63,771 nt of DNA, taken from the NCBI GenBank assembly GCA_030265395.1, contig JARFYF010000022.1, forward strand, positions 49,880,835-49,944,605. Direction: 5' to 3'. How positions within the stretch are numbered: position 1 is the stretch's first letter; the number at the start of each line of letters is the position of its first letter. The translations under genes and the position numbers were made by a program. The stretch is from Rhina ancylostomus (taxonomy: Eukaryota). The notes beneath the pieces were generated by a model that did not search any database, had not been told where the DNA came from, and was given only the letters and a program-made list of their open reading frames with translations. Shown piece by piece: positions 24,195-36,821 of this stretch.

Positions 24195-26121
24195 ATGGGA
24201 CAAACTTTCGATTAGTCTGGGTCCAATACCCCACTAACTAAATTATGAAAAGCCGATCCGAAGAATGAGAGTAACTTCCTTAAATTATCGGCATGGCTCA
24301 AAAAAAATTGGGAAATAAAATATGGCCATTGGGGGGGACGTGGGATGTGGATGTGCAAAAAGGCAGAAAGGGCGATTGGGAGCGCATTTGGGAGGGAAAA
24401 TTGAAAAATATTAATGTCTACTTGGAGAAAAATTGATGAAGACCTAACAAATAAATCCGAACAGAATAGTTGGGAACATAATGCGCGCAGAAGGGGGATT
24501 AGTGTGTGTGATGAAAAGGGAAATCCTAAGAGCTGGGAAGTCTTGAAGTCTCAGTGCGGAGACCACGATGCTGAGAGGATCAGAATGGAAAGACAAGGGG
24601 TAGATCAGGCAAATACGGGAAAACGAAAGAATAAAAATAAACGAAATAAGGACAAAGTGGAGATACCTCCCGACATGTCTGGCGTGCTCCTGTTGTTCCA
24701 AAGTAATGATAGGACTAAAATGAGGAGGATTAGGGGATGGTCCGAACCACATTCTCTACCTACCACCCCACCCCCGTTTCACTGCCGCCCCCATAAAATA
24801 CGATTAGTCTGCAAACCGTTCCGCTCTTACCACCAATGACTACTAGCCAAGTCCCGTCCCAAAGACAATTCCATAGCCCTTTTGCGTGCCGAACCAGAGA
24901 TCAGCTTAGACGGAGAGAAAGCCCACATACTAACGGCTCTAAGGCCACAGACAAGCGAGGGAACTTTTTGGTAAGGGACAGACTTTTACTAGATTCTCAG
25001 ACCGACACCGATTATGAATCGGATTCTACCCCTGATTAAGACGACACTAAAAATCCCGGCCGACCTCCTATATTGAATAAGGTAAAGGGAGCCAATGCTA
25101 AAAGACAATTCCCCAACAAGAGTGTTCCCAATCCCCATCCAACACAAGCGATCGCGAATCTTACGATTCAAATCTTCACTGCTTGGAAGCCTCGGGAGAT
25201 GTGCCTAATCATGAGTCAGGCGCCCAACTGTAAAACCAACCCAGACAATGTCACAGATTATATGATCGCAACAATTCAGATGTACCAAGCCACTACCCAA
25301 GACCTTTTCAGTCTTTGTTGCATGGCCCTTACAACTCATGAGGCGGGAAAATAGAAAGAACACCTGGGAAACTATACGGACTGGACAGCCTTTTAGGCGG
25401 CCGTCCGGCCTCAGGACCAGGTAACAACCATTAGAACTGCCCTTTGCAAAGCCCTCCAACAGCCTATTGACAGAACCAAGGTTTTAGAATGCCGACAGAA
25501 ACAAGTTGAGGACGGCCCAGATTTTGGGAAACGTTTCTGTTCACTTTTCGATACCTATGCGGAGGCCAATGCCTGCAACAGAGGCGATGCCTCCCCCCAG
25601 TTTAACGCCCTCCTATTACAATGTATTTCTGAGGGAGTGGCGTCAGCTATCACACTAATAACAAGAATTGGCCGGACCATACACGATAAGCCATGAGGAG
25701 GCCCTTGTTCACGCCTGGAGTAACGGGCGTGATTCAAAAGCCACAAGGGTAAAACAGGAAATGGTCCAGAGACCCCCTGGACCCCGACCTCCCTCCTCCG
25801 ATAATACGGGATAAGAAATGGAACGGCGGTTTTGCATTCCAGGAGGGGTCGACCGGCCTGGTAACGAATATCCACTGGACCCCAACGACGCAAGAGCCCC
25901 AGCGTACGGGCCCGCTTGTGAGCTACCACTACCCTCTTGTAATTACCCAGGACCGAGGGGACACCAACAACCCCCACCGTCGAACGTCAGCTCGACCGGA
26001 TGCTACCATTGTGGGGCACCTGACCATTATCGGCGGGACGGCCCCCACTACCTCCATCGACAGACGCGACCCCCCCGGTTGACGACAACTTTTTTCAACA
26101 AACAACCCCTTTTCTGCCTGA
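24195..26121 (+). pseudogene. gag: ERV gag (decayed)
   Basis: MGQ start, matrix-like WPLGGTWD, MHR-like CRQKQVEDGPDFGKRF and a single zinc knuckle CYHCGAPDHYRRDG (last Cys lost). Multiple stops and frameshifts. Confidence 0.85.
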
Positions 26122-27311
26122 CGAGCTGTGGGTAGTAGCGATTCCATGTACCCTGCCCTTATCAATAAACCAGACGATGAACCATCGTCAATTTCTTAGT
26201 TGCGGGAAAGCCGATCCCCTTTATGATAGACACTCGAAGCTTCTTTTATCGCCCAGCATGATTTTGAACTGTCCACTGCCTCAGTTCCATTAAGCAGGCT
26301 GGAGGGACAGGAAAGATCCTACACCTTTACAAGTGAAATTTCGAGATCGGTATTTCTGATCGAATTCGCAGTAACCCCAGGCCTAGGGGTTAACCTCGCC
26401 GGGAAGGACCTGCTCTGCACCCTCCGACTCAAAGTACAATACCTCAATGAAGGAATTACCATCACTTAAATCCCATAGGATACTCTGGATTCACCAGCCT
26501 CCTCAGTGGTGGACTGTGGACTTAAAGAATGGAGATTTTGACCCACACTTGAAAACCCATGACCCACATTTGACGCTAGTTTATGACCCCATAGGGGTCT
26601 CATATGCCAAGCATGGTGACTGTCAATATTTTAGAAGTCGAAGGTAAGGAGGGGACAGTACTTTTAGTTCAAGTGCCCGATGAATTGTGGAATCAGGCTT
26701 GATGTCCTCTCATATTGTCCTGTCAGTTAATGAGGGTCATAAACCGAAGGAGCTAGGATTCCTAGCACACCGACTTGAGGCACAGGCAGACACAGGCCTT
26801 TACGGGGTTCCCCTGACTCTGATAGAAGGGACCCGATATTACCTCACCCCTTTCTCGGTGACAGGCTGTTTACGCCACCATCAGTCCCACCGACTCCCTT
26901 CGGATGAGCCAACCTCCGATTTATGGCCACATCGAAAGCTGAAGTAGGATTCACCCCAGTTACCCCAGTCCAAATCCGTGTAAAACCGGGAGCACAACTG
27001 CCTTCCGTCCAACAGTACCCACTTCGGAGAGAGGCAGTTGATGGAATAACCTATTTAATAGATTCATTCTCCAAACTGACCATTCGGGTTCCCTGCAAAT
27101 CACCTTGCAACCCCCCCCCCCCTATTTTACCCGTCCCCAAACCCGGACGGACGGAATGGCGCCTTGTACAAGACCTGCATAAGGTCAATGAGACAGGAGA
27201 GCTACTGCATCCCTTGTTCCCAAACCCAGCCACCATTCTCAGCAGCATTCCTGCCGACTCCTGTATTTTTACTATTGTGGACCTCCAGCATGCATTTTTA
27301 GCAATTCCTCT
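26122..27311 (+). pseudogene. pol: ERV pro-pol (protease, putative 2H-phosphoesterase, RT N-terminal half)
   Basis: Protease-like FLVAGKPIPFMIDT and NLAGKDLLCTL. RT motifs QQYPL, SPCN-PILPVPKP, WRLVQDL, PNPATILS and FTIVDLQHAF. Confidence 0.92.
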
Positions 27312-27439
27312 NNNNNNNNNNNNNNNNNNNNNNNNNNNNNNNNNNNNNNNNNNNNNNNNNNNNNNNNNNNNNNNNNNNNNNNNNNNNNNNNNNNNNNNNN
27401 NNNNNNNNNNNATGTTTCCCACAGATTTCACAACTCAGC

Positions 27440-27630
27440 TTCACACTGGGATCCACTTACAATGGCCAAGTAAATTGTCAAATCTCACTCTTTTGGGATG
27501 TGGGAGGAACTCGGAGAACCCCGGGGAAACGCACTCGATCAGAGGGAGAACGTGAAACCTCCGCACAGTCAGCAGCCGAGGTCACGATTGAACCGGATGT
27601 GAAAAGTCTGGACTCTGTACTGCAAAGGAC
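27440..27630 (-). mobile_element. V-type SINE fragment
   Basis: TTTTGGGATGTGGGAGGAACTCGGAGAACCCCGGGGAAAC...GATTGAACC is the antisense of a V-domain plus tRNA-like head. Confidence 0.65.
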
Positions 27631-27769
27631 AACGCTTTGGACTTCCGTGGGTGTTTCCTTTCCTCGGAACCGTACTCTTATCCTTGGAATGAACGTTGAA
27701 TTGCAAATAAATTGCATGGTGATTTCGGGGAAGTTTTGTGTTGTCGAAAGATTAGCGTGGTTCATGAAC

Positions 27770-29540
27770 AAAGTTCCTGCACTGGATGAAGGTCAGTTTC
27801 ACTGTTATTATCATTACGTACAAGAGAAGCTTGGGAACCGCTTTTTTGAATGAATATACATCCAACAAATGGGCGTCATTGTAAAAGTGAAATAGTGAAA
27901 GTTCAGTACCAACGTGTTCCTGTAGGACTTAAATGTAAGGAGGTCTTGTGACCTGGGCTATATAGGAACGTCGAGAGTTCGATTAAAAAAACATAAAAAG
28001 ACACATGACCGGTATGGGGAACGGAAAACAGCTGAGGAATTTTTGGCAGATGGAATCTGTACAGGAGGTGAGGGGTGAAGGTGTAAAAACCGGACAGCAA
28101 AAGAGGTGGCAAGAAGTATCCCTGGCAGAAAAGATTAAAGGAAATCCCAGGACAGTGTATTTGCATATTCTAGAAATGTGGTAAACCAGGCAAAGTGTCG
28201 GTCGCATCAATGACCGAAATGGGAAATCTGTTCGTTTGACCGAAATGTTGGGTCAGGTTGTAAATGAATATTTTTTCTATTTAGTGCGGAGACGAACATT
28301 ACAGTTGTAAATTTCAGGAACGGGTGCAATGGCATTCTGGAGCGGGTTAACATTAAACAAAGAGAATGTATTAGATGTCCCAGCAAGCAGAGAGTTGAAA
28401 TTTTCCCCAAGATCTGATGAAGTGGGCTGCTTTGGGNNNNNNNNNNNNNNNNNNNNNNNNNNNNNNNNNNNNNNNNNNNNNNNNNNNNNNNNNNNNNNNN
28501 NNNNNNNNNNNNNNNNNNNNNNNNNNNNNNNNNNNNCGTAAACAGAGTTCCTGCTCTGGATGAAGGTCCGTTTCACTGTCATTAGCAGTACGTGACAGAA
28601 GATTGGGAACTGCTACGTTGAATGAATCTGCATCTAACAAATGGGAGTCATTGTAAAAGTGAAAGAGTGAAAGCTCAGGACTAACATGTTCGTGTCGCAC
28701 TGAAATGTAAGGAGGTCTTGGAACCTGGGATATCAAGGAACCATGAATAAAGGCAATGGAAAATAGTTTCGGCATTTTTGGCAGACAGAATCTGTACAGG
28801 CGGGGAGGGGTGAATGGGGAAAAACGGACAGCTAAGAGGTGTTAAGAAGTAGCCCTGGCAGAGAAGATTAAAGGCAATCTCGGCACAGTTTATTTTCATA
28901 TTCCAGCAATGTGGTGAACCAGGCAAAGAGTCGGTCGCATCAAGGACCGAATGGGAAATCTGTGCGTGTGTTCCAAGTGTTGTGTCAGGTCGTAAATGAA
29001 TAATATTTTATTTTGTGTTCTGTGAGGAGACAAATATTGTGGTTGAAGATTTCAGGATGAGGTGCAATGGCATTCTGGAGCTGGTTAACATTAAACAAAG
29101 AGAATGTATCAGATGTGCCAGCAAGCAGAAAGTTGAAATTTTCCCCAAGAACTGATGATGTGTATCACAGGCTGCTTGGCGAGGCAATGTGGAAGGTTGT
29201 TGGGGCCACAAGAGACACATCTATTAAAAAATCTTCACTGGCTACAGGTGCGGTGCCGGATGACTGGAGTTTAGGAGATGTTCTGTCTCCATTGCAGAAG
29301 GGCAGCATGGATAAGTCAGCAGTCACCTGCCAGGCTTCGCCAGCAATGACAGACTAAATTTCATGACAGTGAAGTTAATGGGGAAGAAAACCGAGGGACA
29401 CCAATGATATGCACTTCGACAGTGAGGGATTGTTCAGGGAAAAGTCAGCATGGATTTGCTGGTGGGAGTTCCTGTCTGAATGAAGTAGTTCAGCTTCTTG
29501 AAGAAGTAATGAACTGGATTGAGGAGGGAACTGCTGGTGA
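27770..29540 (+). mobile_element. Old CR1 ORF2 fragments, duplicated across the gap (about 27770-28436 and 28545-29165)
   Basis: AKRWQEVSLAEKIKGNPRTVYLHI-like tether, SSLATGAVPDDW and SQHGFAGGSSCL motifs. The two flanks of the gap are colinear homologs. Confidence 0.75.
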
Positions 29541-29674
29541 CAGGCTGTTCCCCTTCCGTTGCCGAGGAATAGAACATCAGAGCATGGAAGTCGTGGGACA
29601 AGAAGTGGAACTAAATATCCTTGTAGATTAAATAAAACTAAGGGTCAGTTGGTATTTATTTTCCGTTAAATGAT

Positions 29675-29880
29675 GAAATGGACTCTTGACCGGACGTTAT
29701 TGTCTCCCTGCATTCTACTGTCTTTGTAATTGTCGCACTTCATTCTTCACTGCGTCATCGTTCTGCCTTGCACTACCTCAATGCACAGCTGTGATGATTT
29801 CTGATGCGTGAACAGGATGTTAGACACATTTTTCACTGTACCTCGGTACATGCGAGAATAATAAACCAATTACCAATTTT
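29675..29880 (+). mobile_element. 3' tail of a Rex1/Babar-like non-LTR element
   Basis: TTTTTCACTGTACCTCGGTACATGCGAGAATAATAAACCAATT tail, recognised by resemblance only. Confidence 0.5.
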
Positions 29881-30384
29881 ATCAGTATGTTATTCAGGGA
29901 AAGAGTCGGGGCGCACCGACAAAGAGCTGGAAGAACACTGCAGATCATGGAGGGAAACGGACAGTCGACATTTGAGGTCGGGATTTTCCATATGGACTCG
30001 GAAGAGTAGAGCCCGTCAAGGACGAAAGGGGAAATCTATGCACTGATCCTAAGAACTGCCAATGCACCATAATAGTGCCGGTAATGCCAAGGACGCAATG
30101 AGATGTATCCCAGGTTACTGTGGGATGCAGTGTCACATCAGAAAGTAATTTTTAAATCTTCGCTGGCCAATGCTGAGGTGCCAGATATCTGTGGTTCAGG
30201 AAAATATTAGGCCTTTATTAAAGAAGGGCAACTGGGAAAAGCCAGGCAATTACAGAGGTCTCAGTTTGAGGTGAGAGATAAGGANNNNNNNNNNNNNNNN
30301 NNNNNNNNNNNNNNNNNNNNNNNNNNNNNNNNNNNNNNNNNNNNNNNNNNNNNNNNNNNNNNNNNNNNNNNNNNNNNNNNNNNN

Positions 30385-30510
30385 CCTTCTCTCCAATGAG
30401 AACAGCCCGAGCTACTTTAGTCTCTCCTCATATACCTTACTCTCTGATCCAGGCAGCATCTTGGTAAATCTCCTCTGCACCCTCTCCAACTCTTCCACAT
30501 CCTTCCTATA
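30385..30510 (-). mobile_element. CR1 RT C-terminal fragment
   Basis: Antisense of VQRRFTKMLPG...LGLFSLE. Confidence 0.8.
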
Positions 30511-31744
30511 GCTTTCCCATAGCTTTCTTTGATCTGCAAGGAAATTTAGTGCCACCTCTTGTACAATAAGTTCTATGTTCTTTTTATTCTACGTCTTCTG
30601 TGGGCAAACACTATAAAATTTAATTTGAGAAGTCTCCGTGGACCCCGTGTGCCTTCCGCTTTTGGATCAAACTAACAATGCTTCACTGAAATCGACATGT
30701 TCATCACCCCACTTCCTATCCTCATCGATAGTTCTCTTCACCCACTCAATCATACACAGTTACCTCTGTAATACATGAGCTCCCCTGCAGAAATCCACGT
30801 TGTCTGCCTCGCATAAGTCTATAACTTCCCAGCTGTGTGTCGACCCTATCCCGTAGAACCTTCTGCAATACTTTCCCTGCCACAGATGGAAGGCTCGCCG
30901 GCCTGCAATTTCCTGGATTCCCGGTTGCCTTATTTTAACAAAGGAAAATCACCGAACATTCCCCTATATTATGGGACGTCCAAAGTGCAAAAATATCTGC
31001 CAAGGACTCAGAAACTTCATTTGCTTCTTTGAACAACCATTATACCCTGGGGATTCAGCCACTGTAATATTCGATGACAGTGTGTTTGTCGTTGGGGAAT
31101 ACAGCATGTACATTCCAGGCGTATCAGAATCTGAGCAATTTCATAGCAGAGATCTGCATAGGTGGCACATCTGTCTGCAGTTACGGTCATCCTCAGCAAC
31201 AGAGAATAAATACCGAACGCCTTTGACCGGACTGTTCATCGACGCTGCATGAGACGCGCCGCTGGAAATATCGCAGGTTATATTTCTGTCCGGAGGATTC
31301 TCCACAGGAACATTCACGTTCACATGAACGTTCTCCGTTCTCGCAACCGGTAACGTCACCGTTGACAGACACGTCACAGACACTTTCCATTAAACTTACC
31401 GCTACAGTGGTCAAGACAGAGAAATCTTTCGCTGAGACCAGCACATCTCGCCGTTGGCACGCGGCTGGAAACGCAGTCCATAGACGCGTGAATTCACGAC
31501 GATAAAACAAATGACCAGAGGATGGCGGCCGAAATTGTTGGTGGCGAACAGAAAGGTGAAGTCAGCAATTCTCTTTACCATAATCAATGTTTTATTGTGC
31601 TGAAGCGAACCCGGGCATATTTTCAACCCCCATTTTTGTGAAAACAATAAATATTTCCATTCACACTGTCGTATAGTTTTTTTTCCGATCACTTGCTGTG
31701 AACGAAAACACAACATTGCAATTTCATGTCAATCAGTGTGGCGA

Positions 31745-32030
31745 CATCCAGCATGAAGGACCCTCTCCATCTGGGACACGCCCTCTTCACTTTATTTCCA
31801 TTGGGCGGGAGGTACAGGAGGCCGAAGACCCACACTCAAAGATTCAGGAACAACTTATTTTCCTCTGCCATCAGATTCCTGAGCGATCCATGACCCCTGA
31901 ATATAAAGTCGCTGTTCCTCTTCCGCACTATTTACTCAATTTTGCAGCTGAAAGTATTTTTTATGTGTTGCGCTGCACAGCTGCTGAAAAAATAATATAT
32001 GTTCCAACAGGTCACTGATTCTGATTCTGA
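31745..32030 (+). mobile_element. Rex1/Babar-like LINE 3' end
   Basis: KDPLHLGHALFTLFPLGGRYRRPKTHTQRFRNNLF-SAIRFL-like C-terminus with a (CTGATT)n tail. Confidence 0.7.
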
Positions 32031-32163
32031 AAACACGGCTTTCAAATGCACTTGTGTGTCGGTTGATGATTCAGTTCCGTGACCAACCGGACTCTCAGCA
32101 GTTAACGTCTCAGGTGTAAAGGGAGATGAAAAGCTGCTCGATGTAATGCCCTGAATTCCAACA

Positions 32164-33074
32164 TTATTTTCTTTCTTTAACACATTTCAATAATATTCCC
32201 ATCAGATATTCCATCCCTTTCATAATCTCCTGTCTGAATTTAGACTGAGTCACTGCATAAATACAAGTGTTTGTGCAGCAGCTCAAAAGAAGGAGCATGT
32301 AGCTGGTTTCATCTGCGATATACATCGGGTCGCTGAAACTGGCTGCATAATAACGCTTAGTAATTTGCACCCAGAGAAAAAGTACAAAATACGTCATCCA
32401 AAGCAGTATGAAATTGCCGGATATCGCAAAGAGTAAGATGATGGACTTCCTTCTGTTTTCCATCGCGGCATCATTGCGATTCGCATCATTCTTGTTGCTT
32501 CTTAGATTCCTACGGACTCTGCTGGCCGCTAAAATATGTCCCACGGTCAGAGCATTGAGCAGAGATATGAAGAACATTGGGAAGAGAGGGGTAAAACAGC
32601 GGTGAATCCAACTGAAAGCTATCCACGTGGTTTCAATGTAGACAGCTAACTTTCCAGAGCAGCCCCACTGCACATTGCCTTTGATAGCAAAGGGTTCAAA
32701 TACAAAGTACCACGGGATGTTTTTACAAACGAACAGTGCACATACAGTGGCTATCACCCTGGCTGCAGTTCTCTCTGTGCAATATCTGGTCCGCAACTTG
32801 GGACAACAAATCATAACATATCGATCAAATGTGAAAGACAGTGTCAACCACACGGAAATGTCTGTGGCTGCATGATTTAAGGCCTTATGGGCTGAACACG
32901 CTTGGGTAATATAAAGGAATCTTGTTATGACATATAAATCATTAATACGGAACAGGATCACGTCAATGACCACGACCAACAGATCTGCCGCCGCCATGGC
33001 TACGAGGTAGCGAGAAACACACCTGGAGAGGCCGCACTTTCCCCGGGACACGATCACAATCGCCAGCACATTCG
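32164..33074 (-). CDS. GPR139/GPR142-like class A GPCR copy E, intact major coding exon
   Basis: Acceptor atcacag at 33075-33081, phase 1, then an uninterrupted frame of about 303 codons: NVLAIVIVSRGKCGLS, AADLL, FDRY, FTPLFP, CCTNTCIY and helix 8 KFRQE. Exon 1 was not located. Confidence 0.88.
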
Positions 33075-33334
33075 CTGTGATAGGGGAAAAATCAGAAACA
33101 AAGATTCACCTTTCAGCACACATTTCCATAGCCAGTGACGCCGGGCCAATCCACGGCTGCCCTCTCAGATCAACAAAGATCAACAATCAGAGACAAAGAT
33201 TTACCCGTCAGCCTACATTTCCAGAGCCGGTGACTCCGTGCCAATCCACGGCTGCACCCTCAGGTCAGAACTGAACATTGACACGAGCAGGGACAGGAAA
33301 GGGTTTTACCCCTGGGGCGACGGAGGGTGAGAAC

Positions 33335-33700
33335 TGACATTGCAGAGGTATATGAAGTCATGAGGGGCATGGATAAAGTGAATTGCCACACGCTTTTCCC
33401 CGGGGTAGGGGGACCTAAAACTGGAGTGCAAAAGTCCAGACTGAGAGGGAAAAGATTTCAAGTAGACCCGAGGGCCAACTTTCTCACGCACAGGCCGGTG
33501 GGTTCCTGGAATGAATTGCCAGAGGAGGTGATAGAAGCGGATACAACCACAATGATTAAAGGACACTCAGGCATTTAAATGGAAAAGAGAGGCTTCGTTA
33601 GATAAGTGGCAGATGCAGGCAAAGTGGGTCGGGATCTGGTGGGAAAATTGGTCAGCATGAGAAATTTGGGTACAAAAATTTCCTTGGCGTTTAACTCTCT
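33335..33700 (+). mobile_element. CR1 3' end
   Basis: DIAEVYEVMRGMDKV...FLTHRPVGSWNELPEEV followed by a 3' UTR. Confidence 0.8.
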
Positions 33701-35382
33701 GAATCAGCGATTTTCCCGCTGTGGAGCTTCTTACTGAAGCACCTACATTTACTTAAAGATGCTACATTGAAAAGTAAAGCATTGCGAAATGACTATATTG
33801 AGGATTTTCTCTGGTACTTCATTGCTGGGTTGACACAGAAAATTGCAGCTCAAAAATACTCCTGGTTTTACACATATCTGTAACGTCATGAATCAACGGA
33901 AACTCAAAATTTATATTCGGAAACAATACTTAGAAGTAAAGAGCGGAATTTCCAGTATAATGATTTGCTCGTTCTGAAGATCAGATTTATCAGAAACAGA
34001 TAGACATGAAGTAACCGCAAATTTTCCTGTTTTTTTTCCAGTTTCTGCTGATGTTAGAGATCTTCAGAATAATCTGCCGAGGAACGGAGCTTTGCGTCTA
34101 TTTGCCAAACTTCTCCAGAAATTAACCTGGCAGGGTTTCATTGTGCTGATGTGTTGCAGCTCATAAAAAGTAAATTCGTTTAAATCACGAGTGGTCAAGG
34201 TCAATGACTGATGGCGTGAGGGTGAGGATACTCGGACGCCACATAGTGGACTCCAGGGCACGAACCTCGGCTCCATGCACTATCGTAACATTGAAGTCTT
34301 CCAATTTTCCCTTCTCAAGTGATACCATAAAACGATTGATGTATGTGAGAAATGGAACCGTTGTTCATGACGATGTGTTGAGACCTTCGGGAACGTTATA
34401 TTGGTGGGATTTACCTCGCCGATGGATGAACGACTGAAATCAGTAATGAAGTAAATTTTAATAAGCACGGGGAGTGTGGGTTGAGAAAAGGTAAATTGGA
34501 TGATCTGTCCACAATCGAGGCTGACTGACCAACTAATTAGTTTCAAGATAAGGGATTCTGACAAACGATATGCATTGGACGTGGTCTAGTGTTTTTGATG
34601 CCAACTGCTTGATTGGTACACACATCATTGTTTTGGCAAAGTGGGAAAAATGGATTGAATGATACAGTGAAGTATTGATACCAGGTTGGACAATGCAGAC
34701 GAGGTGGTGTGTCGCGTAGCTGGAGAAGTTTTCCTGGGAGTGGAGGGGGAAATGCCCCAGGAAGCAGATCTTCCCACAATATATTTTCCACACATGATAC
34801 TATTTCGGAGTTGGTGCGCATTTGTGAAGTATAACGTTCTGTGGATGGCAGAGAATTATTGTTGTGGTCCACCCCGAGGAAACAAAGACACCAGAGACAG
34901 TGTAAAAATGGCAAAGAAATGGCGGATAAAATGTCAACGGAACTGAACTGAGCAGATAAAACAGATTAAATGAGGGAGCGTTAAGTTTGNNNNNNNNNNN
35001 NNNNNNNNNNNNNNNNNNNNNNNNNNNNNNNNNNNNNNNNNNNNNNNNNNNNNNNNNNNNNNNNNNNNNNNNNNNNNNNNNNNNNNNNNGAACCGTGTCA
35101 ACCAATTACCGCTGCTGCGTGGCAAACCAAGTTTTCCATATCTGTCTCACGATTCTTCTGCAATCTCATCATTCCCCCCTAACAAGAGGCAATCACTCCT
35201 TCATTCCGCCACCCATTGTATTGTGAGGTTAGTCAGAAACATTTACTGAGCCAATTGACTGTTGTCGTTTCGAAGATCACACTCTTTTTGAGGAAACTCT
35301 CCCAGCTATTTGCACGTAGTTGCTTTTTCAGTCACCCTTCAAGGGGTTTCTACATTTTCCCCTTCCGACTCTGCTTCCTGTC

Positions 35383-36052
35383 AGAACATAGGACATAGAA
35401 CAATACAGCACAATACAAGCCCTTCGGCCCACCATGTTATGCTGTACATCAAACCACCGAGCACTATCTAACCCCTTCCTCCCGCATATTCCTCCATCCC
35501 ACATTCCTCCATATGCCGATCCAACGATTATTTGAACCTGTCCAACCATCTGAGTCCTCCACCACCACAAGCAGCGCGTTCCACGCACCAACCACTCTCT
35601 GGGTGAAAAACCTCCATCTGACATCTCCCCTGAACTTCCCACCAGTAACCTTAAGACCATGCCCTCTTGTCTTGAGCATTGGTGCCTTGGGAATGAGGCG
35701 TTGGCTTTCTACTCTATCTATTCCTCTCAATATTTTATCAACCGCCATCATGTCTCCCCTCATCCTCCCCCTCTCCAGTGACTAAAGCCCCAGAAATTTC
35801 AGCCTCTCCTCATATTCCATACTCTCTAATCCAAGCAGCATCCTGGTGAATCTCCTCTGCACCCTTTCCCACACCTCCACATCCTTCCGTTAATGCGGCG
35901 ACCAGAACTGAACACAGTACACTAAATGTTGTATAACCAGAGTTTTGCAAAGCTGCATCATCACTTCGCGGCCCTTAAACTCGACCCCACGACTTGGGAA
36001 AGCTAACATCCCATAGGCCTTCTTAACTACCCTATCCACCTGTGAGGCAATC
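35383..36052 (-). mobile_element. CR1 3' end, relatively young
   Basis: QVDRVVKKAYGMLAF...YCVQFWSPH...FFTQRVVGAWNAL, with a CATAGAACAATACAGCAC tail. Confidence 0.92.
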
Positions 36053-36727
36053 CACCCTTGTCTCCATGAGAAAGAAGAACAATCAGTCCACCGGTCGGCG
36101 GGAAGTGAACACGTGACACGAATACAGCTGCAGAAAGTTGCATTCAGACATCTGACCCATTCCTGTGCTCCTTCAAAGGGTTTAATAGTCTTCAACCATC
36201 TCTGGCAGGGCCTGATTTAATCTCCCATCAATATCCGGAGCAGTTCTCGTTCAGGGTTACATTCAGATATTCCTTCCATATCTGGATAATTTGGGTCGTC
36301 TGGACTTCAACTGTTGATTGGGCGCTGCTATGTTTTCTCTCCTTGACCCGACACGGATATTCAGCTGTGGTGAAAGTGAATCCATCCTGTTTCTCCCAGG
36401 AAACATCCCGCAGCGATCTACTGCTATTTCCCAGCCAGATCCTTATACTACTCCGCTTTAACGCCGAACGTGTCTCTGTCTGCACTACTCACACGGACCA
36501 TGCATTTCAGTCCGAAACAGCCGGTCGGAGGAACAAGCATCTTCTGTCACCTTCTGGAACGCTGTCGCACGGAAAGCTAACCCTCCAAATTCTGCTGTTC
36601 CGTGAAATCCGTCCTCCAACTTTTACTGAAATAAACGTTCACTTTAATCTTTACTTGAAGTGAAACCTGCTTTCATGATATTAAAATCCGTTTGGTTACC
36701 CCGAAATGCTTCGGTTTACCCTGTGGA

Positions 36728-36821
36728 GCTCTATTGGCGCAATCGGTTAGCGCGCGGTACTTATACCGCAGTACGCAGTGGAGAAATGCCGAGGCTTTGA
36801 ATTCGAGCCTCACCGAGAGCA
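36728..36821 (+). tRNA. tRNA-Ile(TAT) with 20-nt intron (36766-36785), probably pseudogenised
   Basis: GCTCTATTGGCGCAATCGGTTAGCGCGCGGTACTTATA|intron|ATGCCGAGG...TTCGAGCCTCACCGAGAGCA, with mismatches in the acceptor and T stems. Confidence 0.85.

Larger units (their letters stand above)
23137..27311 (+). mobile_element. Endogenous retrovirus (gamma/epsilon-like), 5' half, decayed
   Basis: LTR, PBS, leader, gag, protease and RT appear in the correct order. The element is truncated by the gap at 27312, and its left boundary is approximate. Confidence 0.92.

Noticed and set aside
30971-31716. Several overlapping Cys-rich ORFs of about 100 aa and a GTAAGT donor-like site near 31399
   Set aside because: No recognisable domain in any frame and no consistent exon structure.
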